Shown: one piece after another, positions 49,731-60,528 of the stretch | How positions within the stretch are numbered: position 1 is the stretch's first letter | Layout of the letters: the number at the start of each line of letters is the position of its first letter | Assembly: GCA_963718235.1 (NCBI GenBank) | Contig: CAVQYR010000002.1 | Location: 800,001-864,000, forward strand | Reading direction: 5' to 3' | DNA length: 64,000 bases | Origin: an uncultured Actinomycetota bacterium | GTDB lineage: Bacteria > Actinomycetota > Actinomycetes > JAHEKZ01 | The notes under the pieces: generated by a model | Seen by the model: only the letters and a program-made list of their open reading frames with translations | Databases searched by the model: none | What the model was told of the DNA's origin: nothing | Position numbers and translations under genes: made by a program

Positions 49731-50446
49731 CCCGAGCCACGCCGGCGCCTGGCCGGTGGGACGCCCCGACCCGCGCGAGCTTCGCGGAGCTGCTGAGCTG
49801 GCTGCCGCGTGCGGCGAACCCGGTTCCGGCGCTCGTAGCCGTCGCAGGCGCCCTCGCGCTGGTGTGGTGGCAGTGGCAGTACCTGGAGTCGTTGGACCGT
49901 CGGCTCTGGCTGGTGCGAGAGGGCAGCGTCATGGTCGTGCTGGGTGTGCTGTACCTGCTCGATGACCCCGCGCGTCGCTCGACGGCGGCGGCCGTCACGA
50001 CGCTGCGGCGCCGGACGACCGTGACTCTTGCGGTGGCGGCCGCCGTCATCGCCGGGGCGTTCGCGGTGCTGGTCGCCGTGGCGAGCCTGCGGGGTGACAT
50101 GGGTGCCGCGGTGGGTGGCCTGGCCGTCGAGGTCGCCACCGTGGCAACGGCCGGGGCGGCCATCACCCTGCTGCTGCAGCGCACCCAGGACCTCGACGAG
50201 CCGGCGACCGCGGGGGCGATGACCGTGCTCGCCCTGCTCGCGGTGGTGCCGGTCGTCGCCCTGCGTTGGCCGCTCCTGGTCGCCCCTGGACCGGAGTGGG
50301 CGGCCGCTCACATGCGGTGGGCCGTCGTCACCGGCGCCGCCGTCCTGACGCTGGTCTGGGTCACGCGGGACCCGGCCACCACGCTCCGGGGCATTGTCCG
50401 GGCAGCCGGGTCGAGACCGGTGGCGGTAGGTGCGGTGAGTCGATGA
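49727..50446 (+). CDS. Second ABC permease-like membrane protein
   Basis: Multi-TM, LLDDPA and RDP motifs, ATGA-coupled. Confidence 0.72.
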   Translation: MTRATPAPGRWDAPTRASFAELLSWLPRAANPVPALVAVAGALALVWWQWQYLESLDRRLWLVREGSVMVVLGVLYLLDDPARRSTAAAVTTLRRRTTVTLAVAAAVIAGAFAVLVAVASLRGDMGAAVGGLAVEVATVATAGAAITLLLQRTQDLDEPATAGAMTVLALLAVVPVVALRWPLLVAPGPEWAAAHMRWAVVTGAAVLTLVWVTRDPATTLRGIVRAAGSRPVAVGAVSR

Positions 50447-51372
50447 GCGACGGTCGTGACGCGGCGCTGCCTCCCCTGCAGTACCTCGAGACGGCTCTCG
50501 ACGTCATGCAGCAGCACGCATTGATGTCGCCCTCGGTGGACTGGGACGGGCTTCGCGGCGAGGCGATGGCGCGCAGCGGGGGTGCCTCGAGCACAGCCGA
50601 CTGCTACCCGGCGATCGAGTGGGCCCTGGTGCAGCTGGGCGACCACCACAGCTTCTTCGAACCGCCCGATCGCGGCAGCGGGGCGATCCGTGACGGCACC
50701 TATCGGGACGAGCTGAGTCTGCCCTCGTTCGAACGCGGCGACGGGGACACCGCGACCCTCGTGGTGCCGGCGTTCCGGGGCTCACCGACCGCCGCCCGTA
50801 CCTACGCCGACACACTGCGCGGGCTGGTGCACGAAGCGTCGGCCGACGGCGTGACGAGCTGGGTCGTCGACGTCGCCCAGAACGGTGGGGGCAGCATGCT
50901 TCCCATGATCGCGGGGCTTGCACCGCTGCTCGGCGCCGGGACCGTGGGCGGGTTCTTGTCGGCTGACGGTGCCGTGACGCCATGGACGCTCGACCCCGCG
51001 GGTGCGCTGTTCATCGGGGACGAGGCGATCGTTCCCGGCTGGCACCATCCGTTGGACCCCGCACTGGCCAAGGCGCCGGTGGGTGTGGTGACCGGACCGG
51101 TGACTGCGAGCTCCGGTGAAGCCGTTGTTCTCAGTCTTCGGGGCCGCCCCCGAACCCGAAGCTTCGGAGCGGCCACTCGGGGGCTGGCGACCTCCAACGA
51201 GGTGTTCGACCTGGCCGACGGTGCCTCTCTCATGGTCATGACGGCCTGGATGGTGGATCGTCAGGGGGCCAAGTACCCCGGGGCGGTCGTTCCGGACGTC
51301 GTCGTATCGAGTGGCGAAGACCCGCCACGGGCCCAGGCTGCTCGCTGGGCTGCTGGCACGAGCCGACTCTAG
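50443..51372 (+). CDS. S41 family peptidase
   Basis: LGDHHS, VDVAQNGGG, TASSGE, FGAATRG, VVPD. Confidence 0.85.
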   Translation: MSDGRDAALPPLQYLETALDVMQQHALMSPSVDWDGLRGEAMARSGGASSTADCYPAIEWALVQLGDHHSFFEPPDRGSGAIRDGTYRDELSLPSFERGDGDTATLVVPAFRGSPTAARTYADTLRGLVHEASADGVTSWVVDVAQNGGGSMLPMIAGLAPLLGAGTVGGFLSADGAVTPWTLDPAGALFIGDEAIVPGWHHPLDPALAKAPVGVVTGPVTASSGEAVVLSLRGRPRTRSFGAATRGLATSNEVFDLADGASLMVMTAWMVDRQGAKYPGAVVPDVVVSSGEDPPRAQAARWAAGTSRL

Positions 51373-51380
51373 GAGCGCCC

Positions 51381-51986
51381 ATGTTCCTCGCCGACCCGCC
51401 GCTGGACCCGCAGGTGCGTGCGATGTACGACCGCGACCTCGTCGACGACGGGTACGTCGCCAACAGCACGCGGATGTGGGCCTGGCGCCCCGACGTGTTC
51501 GACGCCTTCAAACACACGCGGGTGGTCACCGGCGAGGCCATGACGTTGTCCGACCGAGAGTTCGCCCTGCTGCTGGCGTCGACGGTCTCGGCGGAGCGCG
51601 ACGGCTACTGCTCCCTCGCTTGGGGGTCGGCACTGGCTCTGCAGACCAGCGACGAGGTGGCCGCGGCCGTGCTGTCGGGTGAGACACCGGCCGAGCTGAC
51701 GCGGCGGGAGGTCACCCTCGTCAACTGGTGCCGAGCGGTCGTCCGCGACGCCGCGGCGACCACCGCGACCGATGTGGACGAGCTGCGCGCCGTGGGCTTC
51801 GGCGACCGCGACATCTTCGAGGTGACCGCGATCGTCGCGTTCCGGATCGCCTTCTCGACGGTTCGGCTCGCGCTGGGTGTGCAACCCGACGTCCAGCTCG
51901 CCCAGGGTGCCAGCAGTGCCGTCCGGGAGGTGGTCGACTTCGGGCGACCGGTGGCCGACGAGCCCTCCGCCACGGTGGTCGGCTGA
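51381..51986 (+). CDS. Carboxymuconolactone decarboxylase/AhpD-like protein
   Basis: YCSLAWG, DVDELRAVGFGDRDIFE. Confidence 0.8.
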   Translation: MFLADPPLDPQVRAMYDRDLVDDGYVANSTRMWAWRPDVFDAFKHTRVVTGEAMTLSDREFALLLASTVSAERDGYCSLAWGSALALQTSDEVAAAVLSGETPAELTRREVTLVNWCRAVVRDAAATTATDVDELRAVGFGDRDIFEVTAIVAFRIAFSTVRLALGVQPDVQLAQGASSAVREVVDFGRPVADEPSATVVG

Positions 51987-52013
51987 GGACGACCCGGCGA
52001 ACGGGACGACGGC

Positions 52014-52775
52014 CTACCGGGGCAGGGGTGGCCGGTAGCTGTCGGCGTGACCGATCGACTCGGCGAGGCTGAGCATGATCTGCTCGAACATCGGCTCGCC
52101 GTCGGGCATCGCCCAGTTCAGGTGGCCGAAGGTCTCCATGGCGACGCAGCCGTAGATGCGCACCCAGCCCTCGAGGAACCGCACGACCGCACCGAGCGGC
52201 ATCCCGGGGGCGAGCGTGTCGGTGAGCCAGGTCCAGTACTGGAGCAGGCCCTCCTCGATCCCCGGGACGAGCGCGTCGCCCTCGGGCACCTCGAACGGCG
52301 CGACGGCCCACATCTGCATGAACGCCGCCGCGAACAGACTGCCGAAGCGGCTGCTGGCCTCCTGGCATGCGTTGCTGGGGGTCTCGCCGAACGCGGTGGG
52401 CGGGGTGGCGAACATGAGCGCGAACTCGTGGGGGTGCGCCATGGCCCACCGCCGGAACGCCCGGCCGAGCTCGAGGATCTGGCCGAACGGGTCGTCGTCG
52501 GGCACCCCCTCGCGCGCCGCCTCGAGCTGGTCGCACAGCTCGCCGTACAGGTCGACCGTGACCGCCTCGACGAGGTCCTCGAGGCTGGGGAAGTAGCGGT
52601 ACAGGGCGGGAGCAGTCAGGCCGACCTCGCGGGCGACCGCCCGCAGCTGGATCCCGCTGGGTCCGTGCGCCACGAGCTCCTGGCGGGCCGCCGCCTTGAT
52701 CTCCTGGACCGTCTGGGCCCGCACCCGGTCACGGCGCGGCTGCAGCGGCGTGGGGGTGGTGGCCGCGGTGCTCAT
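52014..52775 (-). CDS. TetR family regulator (WHG-type C-terminus)
   Basis: LRAVAREVGLTAPALYRYF; WVRIYG; RBS GGAGG. Confidence 0.92.
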   Translation of the reverse strand: MSTAATTPTPLQPRRDRVRAQTVQEIKAAARQELVAHGPSGIQLRAVAREVGLTAPALYRYFPSLEDLVEAVTVDLYGELCDQLEAAREGVPDDDPFGQILELGRAFRRWAMAHPHEFALMFATPPTAFGETPSNACQEASSRFGSLFAAAFMQMWAVAPFEVPEGDALVPGIEEGLLQYWTWLTDTLAPGMPLGAVVRFLEGWVRIYGCVAMETFGHLNWAMPDGEPMFEQIMLSLAESIGHADSYRPPLPR

Positions 52776-52806
52776 CAGACCTCCGGAGAAACGTTCGTGA
52801 ACGGGC

Positions 52807-52862
52807 TTGACAACTGTGAACGACGTTAGCATAGTGAACGCCGTTAAGTAAACGTCGTTCAC
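52807..52862. promoter_or_regulatory. mmpL promoter (TTGACA-N17-CATAGT) overlapped by three AACGNCGTT palindromes (TetR operators)
   Basis: AACGACGTT 52819-27, AACGCCGTT 52837-45, AACGTCGTT 52851-59. Confidence 0.75.
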
Positions 52863-52918
52863 CGATCGTCCGCCTCTCAGGGTAGACCCGGTGGCCCGCC
52901 CGGAAGGTCCTCCACGCC

Positions 52919-55180
52919 ATGTCCCTGCTCCTCTCCCGCTCCGGCCCTACCCCGCAGCGCGACCTCACCCCCTCCGACCCCGCCATCGACCGGGGCCTGT
53001 TCCCCCGGCTGGGCCGGGTCATCTACCGGCACCGGCGCCTCACCCTCGGGCTCACCGGCCTGCTCCTCGTCGTGGCCGGCGTCTGGGGCACGAGTGTGTT
53101 CGGCGCCCTCGGTGGGGGTGGCTTCGAGGACCCGGGCAGCGAGTCGTCGAGGGCCGCGGCCGTGATCGACAACCGGTTCGGCCACCTGGGGGCCGACGTG
53201 ATCGTGGTCTACAGCGCTCCTCAGGGGAGCACATTGACCGTCGAGGACCCGGCCTTTCGGTCATCGGTGGAGGACGCGCTCGCGACGGTTCCGCCGTCGG
53301 ACCTCACCAGCGTGAGCACCTACTGGTCGTCGGGTCGTTCACCCACGTTCGTCACTGCCGACGGCCGCACCACCTACGCGGTGCTGCAGCTGGCGGGTGA
53401 CGACGCCCAGGCCCGCGAGGACGCCTACACGGCCGTGGCCGACGGTCTCGTGGCCGACGGTCTGACCACGCTGCGTGGGGGACCGGTCCCGGTGTTCGTC
53501 GCGATGAACACCCAGGTCGAGGAGGACATTGCGCGAGCCGAGTCGTTGTCGTTCCCGCTGCTCCTGGTGCTGCTCGTGGTCGTGTTCGGCTCACTCGTGG
53601 CGGCCAGCCTCCCGTTGGCGGTCGGCGCAGTAGCGATCCTTGGTGCGTTCACCGTCCTCAAGCTGCTCACCCTGTTCACCGACGTCAGCATCTTTGCGGT
53701 CAACATCGTCACCATGCTGGGCCTGGGCCTGGCGATCGACTACGCCTTGTTCATCGTCGGCCGGTTCCGTGAGCAGCTGGCGGCGGGGGACAGTGTCGAG
53801 GACGCCGTCGTGCACACCGTGGCCACCGCAGGGCGCACCGTCGCGTTCTCGGGGCTCACCGTGGCGGTGGCCCTGGGCGCCCTGCTCCTGTTCCCGATGA
53901 ACTTCCTGCAGTCGATGGGCTACGGAGGTATAGCCGCGGTGCTCGTGGCCATGCTGGCCGCGCTCACCATGCTGCCCGCGCTGCTCGGAGTGCTCGGCCC
54001 GCGCGTCAACAAGCTGGCCATGCCCTGGGCCCGTTCGCGCGTCACCTCGGAAGCCGACCCCTCGCAGGGGATGTGGGCCCGGGTTGCGCGCGTCGTCATG
54101 CGCCGTCCGCTGATCGTGGCCGGGGGCACGGTGGCCCTGCTCGCCGTCCTGGGCCTGCCGTTCTTCTCCGTCGCCTTCGGTGGGGTCGACCAGCGCGCGC
54201 TGCCTGAAGGCACCGAGTCACGGGTGGCCATGGAGACCCTTCAGCGGGAGTTCCCCGCCACGTCAGCGCAGCCGATCCAGGTCGTCGTTCGCGGTGCGGA
54301 CGAGTCGGCCGTCGCCGGGTATGTCGACGAGCTCGGCGCACTGCCGGGCGCGACGTCGGCCCAGGTCGTGGCGGTCGACGGAGACGCAACGCTCGTCGAC
54401 GTGACGTTCGACGGGATCGCGACGTCGGACAGTGCACGAGCCCTGGTCGACGACGTGCGCGCGACGCCCACTCCGGCCGGTGCATCGTCGGAGGTCGCGG
54501 GTGAGTCGGCGCGGTTGACCGACCTGCTGTCCAGCCTCGGCGACCGGCTGCCGTGGGCAGGGCTGTACCTGTTCGTGACGACGTTCGTGCTGCTGTTCAT
54601 GGCGTTCGGGTCGGTCGTGCTGCCGATCAAGGCGATGGTCATGAACGTGCTCTCCCTGTCGGCCACGTTCGGCGTGCTGGTGTGGGGCTTCCAGGACGGA
54701 AACCTGTCCGGACTCCTCGGGTTCACCTCGACCGGCACGCTCGAGGCCACCCAGCCGGTGCTGATCCTGGCCATGGCGTTCGGCCTGTCCATGGACTACG
54801 AGGTGTTCCTGCTCAGTCGGATCCGCGAGGAGTGGGACCGCACCGGCGACAACTCCCTGGCCGTCGAGCGCGGCCTGCAGAAGACCGGGCGGATCATCAC
54901 CAGCGCCGCGCTGCTGTTCGTCGTGGTCGTCGGGGCGTTCGCCACGAGCGGGATCACCTTCATCCAGATGATCGGGGTCGGACTGGCGGTCGCCGTGCTC
55001 ATCGACGCCACCGTCGTCCGGGCGCTGCTCGTGCCGGCCACGATGCAGCTGCTGGGTCGCTGGAACTGGTGGGCGCCGGCCCCGCTCGCGCGCTTCTGGG
55101 AGCGGTTCGGCGTCCGCGAGTCCGACCAGGTCGCCCTTCCCGCGCAGTCACCGGAGGTGCCGCAGCCCAGCACCGCCTGA
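52919..55180 (+). CDS. MMPL family RND transporter
   Basis: [39 protein letters not shown]. Confidence 0.95.
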   Translation: MSLLLSRSGPTPQRDLTPSDPAIDRGLFPRLGRVIYRHRRLTLGLTGLLLVVAGVWGTSVFGALGGGGFEDPGSESSRAAAVIDNRFGHLGADVIVVYSAPQGSTLTVEDPAFRSSVEDALATVPPSDLTSVSTYWSSGRSPTFVTADGRTTYAVLQLAGDDAQAREDAYTAVADGLVADGLTTLRGGPVPVFVAMNTQVEEDIARAESLSFPLLLVLLVVVFGSLVAASLPLAVGAVAILGAFTVLKLLTLFTDVSIFAVNIVTMLGLGLAIDYALFIVGRFREQLAAGDSVEDAVVHTVATAGRTVAFSGLTVAVALGALLLFPMNFLQSMGYGGIAAVLVAMLAALTMLPALLGVLGPRVNKLAMPWARSRVTSEADPSQGMWARVARVVMRRPLIVAGGTVALLAVLGLPFFSVAFGGVDQRALPEGTESRVAMETLQREFPATSAQPIQVVVRGADESAVAGYVDELGALPGATSAQVVAVDGDATLVDVTFDGIATSDSARALVDDVRATPTPAGASSEVAGESARLTDLLSSLGDRLPWAGLYLFVTTFVLLFMAFGSVVLPIKAMVMNVLSLSATFGVLVWGFQDGNLSGLLGFTSTGTLEATQPVLILAMAFGLSMDYEVFLLSRIREEWDRTGDNSLAVERGLQKTGRIITSAALLFVVVVGAFATSGITFIQMIGVGLAVAVLIDATVVRALLVPATMQLLGRWNWWAPAPLARFWERFGVRESDQVALPAQSPEVPQPSTA

Positions 55181-55189
55181 CCCATGCGT

Positions 55190-55247
55190 CGACTCCGGAG
55201 CCGTGGCGGCTACGAGCACCTCCGAACCCGCCACAGCTCCGGAGTCG
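55190..55247 (+). terminator. Long hairpin after mmpL
   Basis: CGACTCCGGAGCCGTGGCGG ... CCGCCACAGCTCCGGAGTCG. Confidence 0.65.
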
Positions 55248-55271
55248 CGTCGATGGGGGACACTGGTCGGC

Positions 55272-56480
55272 ATGCGTGACGTCGTGCTCCTCGGGTCGAC
55301 CGGGTCGATCGGGACCCAGGCCGTCGACGTCGTGCGGGCCAACCCCGACCGGTTCCGGGTCGTGGGCCTCGCCGCCGGCGGGGCGAACGTCGAGCTGCTG
55401 GCCCGACAGGCCCTCGAGCTCGACGTCGACGTCGTTGCCGTGGCCCGGGCCACCGCCGCCCAGGACCTCCAGCTCGCCCTCAACGCCGAGGCCCAGCGGC
55501 GTGGATACGAGACGGGCGACGCTGCCCTGCCGAAGGTGCTCGCCGGGCCCGACTCCGCGGCCGAGGTGGCGGCCTGGCCCTGTGACGTCGTGCTCAACGG
55601 CATGACCGGCTCGATCGGGCTCGCCCCCACGCTGGCCGCGCTGCGGGCGGGGAGCACGCTGGCGCTGGCCAACAAGGAGTCGCTGATCGTCGGTGGCCCG
55701 CTGGTGAAGGCCGCCGCTCAGCCCGGTCAGATCGTCCCGGTCGACTCCGAGCACTCGGCGTTGGCCCAGGCGCTGCGCGGCGGCTCGGCCCAGGAGGTCC
55801 GGCGGCTGGTGCTCACCGCCAGTGGTGGCCCCTTCAGGGGGCGCCCGGCCGAGGGCCTGGCCGACGTCACCCCCGAGCAGGCCCTGGCGCACCCCACGTG
55901 GGACATGGGTCCGGTCGTCACCGTGAACTCGGCCACCCTGATGAACAAGGGGCTGGAGCTCATCGAGGCGCACCTGCTGTTCGACGTGGCGTACGAGCGG
56001 ATCGCGGTCGTCGTCCACCCGCAGTCGGTCGTGCACTCGATGGTCGAGTTCATCGACGGGTCGACGCTGGCCCAGGCCAGCCCGCCCGACATGAAGCTGC
56101 CGATCGCTCTTGGCCTGGGCTGGCCCGACCGGGTGCCCGACGCTGCTGCCGCCTGCGACTGGACGACGCCCGCCACCTGGCAGTTCGCCCCGCTGGACGA
56201 CGAGGCGTTCCCGGCAGTGGGGCTGGCCCGCCGGGCCGGTGAGGCAGGCGGAACCACCCCCGCGGTGCTCAATGCGGCCAACGAGCAAGCGGTGTCGGCC
56301 TTCCTGGAGGGGAACCTGGCGTTCCCCCGGATCGTCGCAACCGTGGAACAGGTCGTTCGCGAGCACCTGACCACCCGATCGGGTGAGCCGCTTGAGGTCG
56401 AGCTGTCCGTGGCCGACGTCTTGAAGGCCGAGACCTGGGCCAGGACCAGGGCCGACCAGCTGCTCGAGGGAGTCCGATGA
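55272..56480 (+). CDS. dxr: 1-deoxy-D-xylulose-5-phosphate reductoisomerase
   Basis: [35 protein letters not shown]. Confidence 0.98.
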   Translation: MRDVVLLGSTGSIGTQAVDVVRANPDRFRVVGLAAGGANVELLARQALELDVDVVAVARATAAQDLQLALNAEAQRRGYETGDAALPKVLAGPDSAAEVAAWPCDVVLNGMTGSIGLAPTLAALRAGSTLALANKESLIVGGPLVKAAAQPGQIVPVDSEHSALAQALRGGSAQEVRRLVLTASGGPFRGRPAEGLADVTPEQALAHPTWDMGPVVTVNSATLMNKGLELIEAHLLFDVAYERIAVVVHPQSVVHSMVEFIDGSTLAQASPPDMKLPIALGLGWPDRVPDAAAACDWTTPATWQFAPLDDEAFPAVGLARRAGEAGGTTPAVLNAANEQAVSAFLEGNLAFPRIVATVEQVVREHLTTRSGEPLEVELSVADVLKAETWARTRADQLLEGVR

Positions 56481-57772
56481 ACGTGGCCGCACTGCTCGGT
56501 GTGCTGTTCTTTGCCGTGGGCGTGGCCGCCTCGATCGCCCTGCACGAGGTGGGACATCTGCTGCCCGCCAAGCGGTTCGGGGTCAAGGTCACCCAGTACA
56601 TGGTGGGGTTCGGCCCGACGATGTGGTCGCGTCACAGGGGCGAGACGGAGTACGGCCTCAAGGCGGTGCCGCTGGGTGGTTACATCCGGATGATCGGCAT
56701 GTTCCCGCCCAGGCGCAACGCCGAGGGCCAGCTGGTGCACAGCACGGCGACCACCGGCCCGATCCAGTCGATGATGGAGAGCGCCCGCAGCCAGAGCGCC
56801 AGCGAGGTGCAGCCCGGTGACGAGGACCGGGTCTTCTACAAGCTCAAGACCCGCCAGAAGCTCGTCGTCATGCTCGGCGGGCCCACCATGAACCTGTTCA
56901 TCGCCGCAGTCCTGTTCACCATCGCCATGAGCGGGCTCGGCACACCCCAGCTCACCCCCACTGTCGACGCCGTCGTGCCGTGCGTGCCAGCGGTCGGTGC
57001 CACCGACTGCGCCGACACCGACCCGCAGAGCCCGGCGCAGGCGGCCGGCGTCCAGGCCGGCGACGTGGTGGTGGCCATCGACGGCGAGCCGGTCTCGGAC
57101 TGGACGACAGCGTCCGACGTCATCCGGGCCTCCGGTGGCCAGCAGGTGACGCTGACCGTGCTGCGCGACGGCTCCGAGCAGGACCTCACCGTCGACGTCG
57201 TCGCCACCAAACGACCGAGCGTGGACGACCCGGACACCTACGTCGACGCCGGCTTCGTGGGCATCCGCCCCACCATCGAGCAGGTGCGCCAGCCGTTGAC
57301 CGCGGTGCCGGCCCAGATGTGGGACTTCGGCGTCAAGTCCGGCCAGGCCGTGCTGAGCATCCCGGCGAAGATGGTCGGTGTGTGGCAGGCCGCCTTCGGT
57401 GACGCCGAGCGCGACATCAACGGACCGGTCAGCGTGGTCGGCGTGGGGCGGTTCAGCGCCGAGGTGGCGGCCGACCAGGCCAGCATCTCGTGGCGCATGT
57501 CGAACCTGCTCATGCTCCTCGCAGCGCTCAACATGGCGCTGTTCCTCTTCAACCTCATCCCGCTGCTGCCGCTGGACGGCGGTCACGTGGCCGGCGCGCT
57601 GTACGAGGGAGCCAAGCGTGAGGTCGCCAAGTGGCGTCATCGCCCCGACCCCGGCCCGGTCGACGTCGCCAGGGCGCTCCCGCTGGCCTACGGGGTGGCG
57701 TTCCTGCTGATCGGCATGTCCGCGCTGCTGATCTACGCCGACGTCGTGAACCCGATCCGGCTGAGTGGCTGA
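56477..57772 (+). CDS. rseP: Site-2 (M50) zinc metalloprotease with PDZ domain (RseP/Rip1)
   Basis: [18 protein letters not shown]; dxr-ispG synteny. Confidence 0.93.
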   Translation: MNVAALLGVLFFAVGVAASIALHEVGHLLPAKRFGVKVTQYMVGFGPTMWSRHRGETEYGLKAVPLGGYIRMIGMFPPRRNAEGQLVHSTATTGPIQSMMESARSQSASEVQPGDEDRVFYKLKTRQKLVVMLGGPTMNLFIAAVLFTIAMSGLGTPQLTPTVDAVVPCVPAVGATDCADTDPQSPAQAAGVQAGDVVVAIDGEPVSDWTTASDVIRASGGQQVTLTVLRDGSEQDLTVDVVATKRPSVDDPDTYVDAGFVGIRPTIEQVRQPLTAVPAQMWDFGVKSGQAVLSIPAKMVGVWQAAFGDAERDINGPVSVVGVGRFSAEVAADQASISWRMSNLLMLLAALNMALFLFNLIPLLPLDGGHVAGALYEGAKREVAKWRHRPDPGPVDVARALPLAYGVAFLLIGMSALLIYADVVNPIRLSG

Positions 57773-57825
57773 CCCTCGCCGAGATCGGCTGCGCGCCCGG
57801 GGATCGGCCAGGGGATACTGGCTCC

Positions 57826-59007
57826 ATGACGTCGACGCCCATCGCTCTCGGCATCCCAGCCACACCGCCGAAGCCGCTGGCCCCCCGGCGCCACACCCGA
57901 CAGCTCGTTCTGCGCCACCCGACGCACCCGGTCGCGGTCGGCGGCGACGCCCCGATCTCGGTGCAGTCGATGACGACCACGGTCACCGCCGACGTCAACG
58001 CCACCCTGCAGCAGATCGCCGAGCTGACTACCTCGGGCTGCCAGATCGTGCGGGTCGCGTGTCCCAGCCAGGACGACGCCGAGGCGCTCTCCGCGATCGC
58101 CACGAAGTCGCAGATCCCGGTGATCGCCGACATCCACTTCCAGCCCAAGTACGTGTTCGCGGCGATCGACGCCGGGTGCGCCGGCGTGCGGGTGAACCCC
58201 GGCAACATCAAGCAGTTCGACGACAAGGTCGGTGAGATCGCCCGAGCCGCCGGCGACGCCGGAGTGCCGATCCGGATCGGCGTCAACGCCGGGTCGCTCG
58301 ACCCGCGGCTGCTCGCCAAGTACGGCAAGGCCACGCCCGAGGCGTTGGTCGAGTCGGCCCTGTGGGAGTGCTCGCTGTTCGAGGAGCACGGCTTCCGCGA
58401 CATCAAGATCTCGGTGAAGCACAACGACCCGGTGGTCATGGTCGCGGCGTACCGGCAGCTGGCCGAGCAGTGCGACTACCCGCTGCACCTGGGGGTCACC
58501 GAGGCCGGCCCCACCTTCCAGGGGACGATCAAGTCCGCCGTCGCCTTCGGGGCGCTGCTGTCCGAGGGGATCGGCGACACGATCCGCGTGTCGCTGTCGG
58601 CACCCCCGGTCGAGGAGGTCAAGGTCGGTTCGGCGATCCTCGAGTCGCTCGGCCTGCGCGAGCGCGGGCTCGAGATCGTGTCCTGCCCGTCCTGCGGACG
58701 GGCCCAGGTCGACGTCTACACACTGGCCGAGCAGGTGACCGCAGGTCTCGAAGGACTCACCGTTCCGCTGCGCGTCGCCGTCATGGGCTGCGTGGTGAAC
58801 GGGCCGGGGGAGGCGCGTGAGGCCGATCTGGGCGTTGCTAGCGGAAACGGCAAGGGCCAGATCTTCGTCAAGGGTGAGGTGATCAAGACGGTGCCCGAGG
58901 CGGCGATCGTGGAGACCCTGATCGAGGAGGCCCTCAAGCTCGCCGAGCAGATGGGCTTCGACCCGGATGCGACAGCCGACGGGTCGCCGCAGGTCGTCGT
59001 CGGCTGA
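57826..59007 (+). CDS. ispG: 4-hydroxy-3-methylbut-2-en-1-yl diphosphate synthase
   Basis: [40 protein letters not shown]. Confidence 0.98.
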   Translation: MTSTPIALGIPATPPKPLAPRRHTRQLVLRHPTHPVAVGGDAPISVQSMTTTVTADVNATLQQIAELTTSGCQIVRVACPSQDDAEALSAIATKSQIPVIADIHFQPKYVFAAIDAGCAGVRVNPGNIKQFDDKVGEIARAAGDAGVPIRIGVNAGSLDPRLLAKYGKATPEALVESALWECSLFEEHGFRDIKISVKHNDPVVMVAAYRQLAEQCDYPLHLGVTEAGPTFQGTIKSAVAFGALLSEGIGDTIRVSLSAPPVEEVKVGSAILESLGLRERGLEIVSCPSCGRAQVDVYTLAEQVTAGLEGLTVPLRVAVMGCVVNGPGEAREADLGVASGNGKGQIFVKGEVIKTVPEAAIVETLIEEALKLAEQMGFDPDATADGSPQVVVG

Positions 59008-59011
59008 CCCG

Positions 59012-59854
59012 ATGCTCACGACGTCCACCCTTCGGCTGCTCGGCGAGCGCGACCTGGACGCAGCGCTCGCGATCTTGGCCCAGGACCCGGTGTCCAACGT
59101 GTTCGTCGAGTCACGCGTGCGCGCCTGCGACGGGCGGGCCTGGCGGCTGGGCGGTGAGCTGTGGGGCTACATCGACCGTGGACAGGTCCGGTCGTTGTGC
59201 TACGCCGGCGCGAACGTCGTGCCGGTGCAGGCCGACGACGCGGCGATCGTCGCCTTCGCCGACCGGCTCCTGCGCCAGGGCCGGCGCTGCTCGTCGATCG
59301 TGGGTGACGCCTGGCAGGTCGCATCGCTGTGGAGCCTGCTCGAGCCGGCCTGGGGTCCTGGCCGGGAGGTCCGAGGCGACCAGCCGCTGCTCGCCATCGA
59401 CCACGACCCCCTGGTGGCGCCGGACCCGCTGGTCCGGCCCGTGCGGCCCGACGAGCTCGACGTGCTGCTCCCGGCCAGCATCGCGATGTTCACCGAGGAG
59501 GTCGGCGTCTCACCGCTGGCCCACGACGGCGGCGGGCTGTACCGGGCCCGGGTGAGCGAGCTGATCACCACCGGTCGCGCGTTCGCCCGGATCGAGGACG
59601 GCCGGGTCGTGTTCAAGGCCGAGGTGGGTGCGGTGTCGCCGTCCGCGTGCCAGGTGCAGGGGGTGTGGGTGGAGCCGAGCCGTCGCGGTGAGGGTCTGTC
59701 GACGCCGGGCATGGCTGCGGTGGTCGCCCTGGCCCGGGCGTCGCTCGCGCCGACGGTGAGCCTCTACGTCAACGGGTTCAACGCGCCCGCGCGGCGCGCG
59801 TACGACCGGGTCGGCTTCACCCAGGTCGGCACCTTCACCACCGTCCTCTTCTGA
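59012..59854 (+). CDS. GNAT family acetyltransferase (DUF4081 type)
   Basis: QVQGVWVEP..RGEG, SLYVNGFN..A..AY..VGF; conserved after ispG. Confidence 0.9.
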   Translation: MLTTSTLRLLGERDLDAALAILAQDPVSNVFVESRVRACDGRAWRLGGELWGYIDRGQVRSLCYAGANVVPVQADDAAIVAFADRLLRQGRRCSSIVGDAWQVASLWSLLEPAWGPGREVRGDQPLLAIDHDPLVAPDPLVRPVRPDELDVLLPASIAMFTEEVGVSPLAHDGGGLYRARVSELITTGRAFARIEDGRVVFKAEVGAVSPSACQVQGVWVEPSRRGEGLSTPGMAAVVALARASLAPTVSLYVNGFNAPARRAYDRVGFTQVGTFTTVLF

Positions 59855-59862
59855 CCCCCACC

Positions 59863-59929
59863 CCCAAGTTGATCTTGGACTTGATGTGCAGGTTCGACGG
59901 TGCTGGGCAGCATCTTCTGCATGATCAAC
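59863..59929. repeat. REP-like intergenic element, copy 2
   Basis: CCCAAGTTGATCTTGGAC-N30-CATCTTCTGCATGATCAAC with terminal inverted repeat GTTGATC/GATCAAC. Confidence 0.75.
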
Positions 59930-59948
59930 TTTGTTCTGGGGGGTTGGG

Positions 59949-60446
59949 CTAGCGGTAGTGGATGGTGGCGAACGGCCAGGCGTCGTCCAACCACTGCTGG
60001 ACGACGGCCGCCAGCTCGGCGTCGAGGGGAGCCCGAGACACCCGGACCCAGGACCGCACCAGCGCGTCGACGTCCGCGTCCTCGCTGGGGTACACGTACA
60101 CGCACCCGATGACGTCGTCGTCAGCCAGCGCGCGCACCGTGTAGGTGAAGCCCAGCCGTTGCTCGAAGTGCCGGGCGTGCATCTCCAGGTCGCCGAGGTT
60201 CTCCGCCAAGGACATGGGGTGCGGCCATCGCCGGTGCTCGAAGCCCGGGGTCGCGTGGATGTGCTCCACCGACGACGTCCAGGCGGCGTAGTCGGCCTCG
60301 TTGTGCTGGGGGCCCAACGGCTCCAGCCAGAACTGGTCGGTGCGCGGCGGGCCGGGCAGGACGAACGAGTCGGGCACGAACGGCCCGCCGTGCCCCGGCT
60401 GCGGCTCGTCGAGCTCGTCGATATCCGGTAGGTCGGGGTCGGCCAT
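59949..60446 (-). CDS. N-acetyltransferase-fold protein
   Basis: LEPLGPQHNEADYAAW, GFTYTV, GCVYVYP, WPF. Confidence 0.8.
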   Translation of the reverse strand: MADPDLPDIDELDEPQPGHGGPFVPDSFVLPGPPRTDQFWLEPLGPQHNEADYAAWTSSVEHIHATPGFEHRRWPHPMSLAENLGDLEMHARHFEQRLGFTYTVRALADDDVIGCVYVYPSEDADVDALVRSWVRVSRAPLDAELAAVVQQWLDDAWPFATIHYR

Positions 60447-60528
60447 GGGTGGGACAGTAGTGCGACGTCGATAGTCTCGGCGCGAGCCACACCCACGTCA
60501 GAACGACCTTCGGACCGAGGAGCACCCG

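Noticed and set aside
51985-52015. Two GACGA motifs reminiscent of a guanidine-II (mini-ykkC) riboswitch
   Set aside because: Stems are too weak and the site lies between convergent genes, not in a 5' leader.
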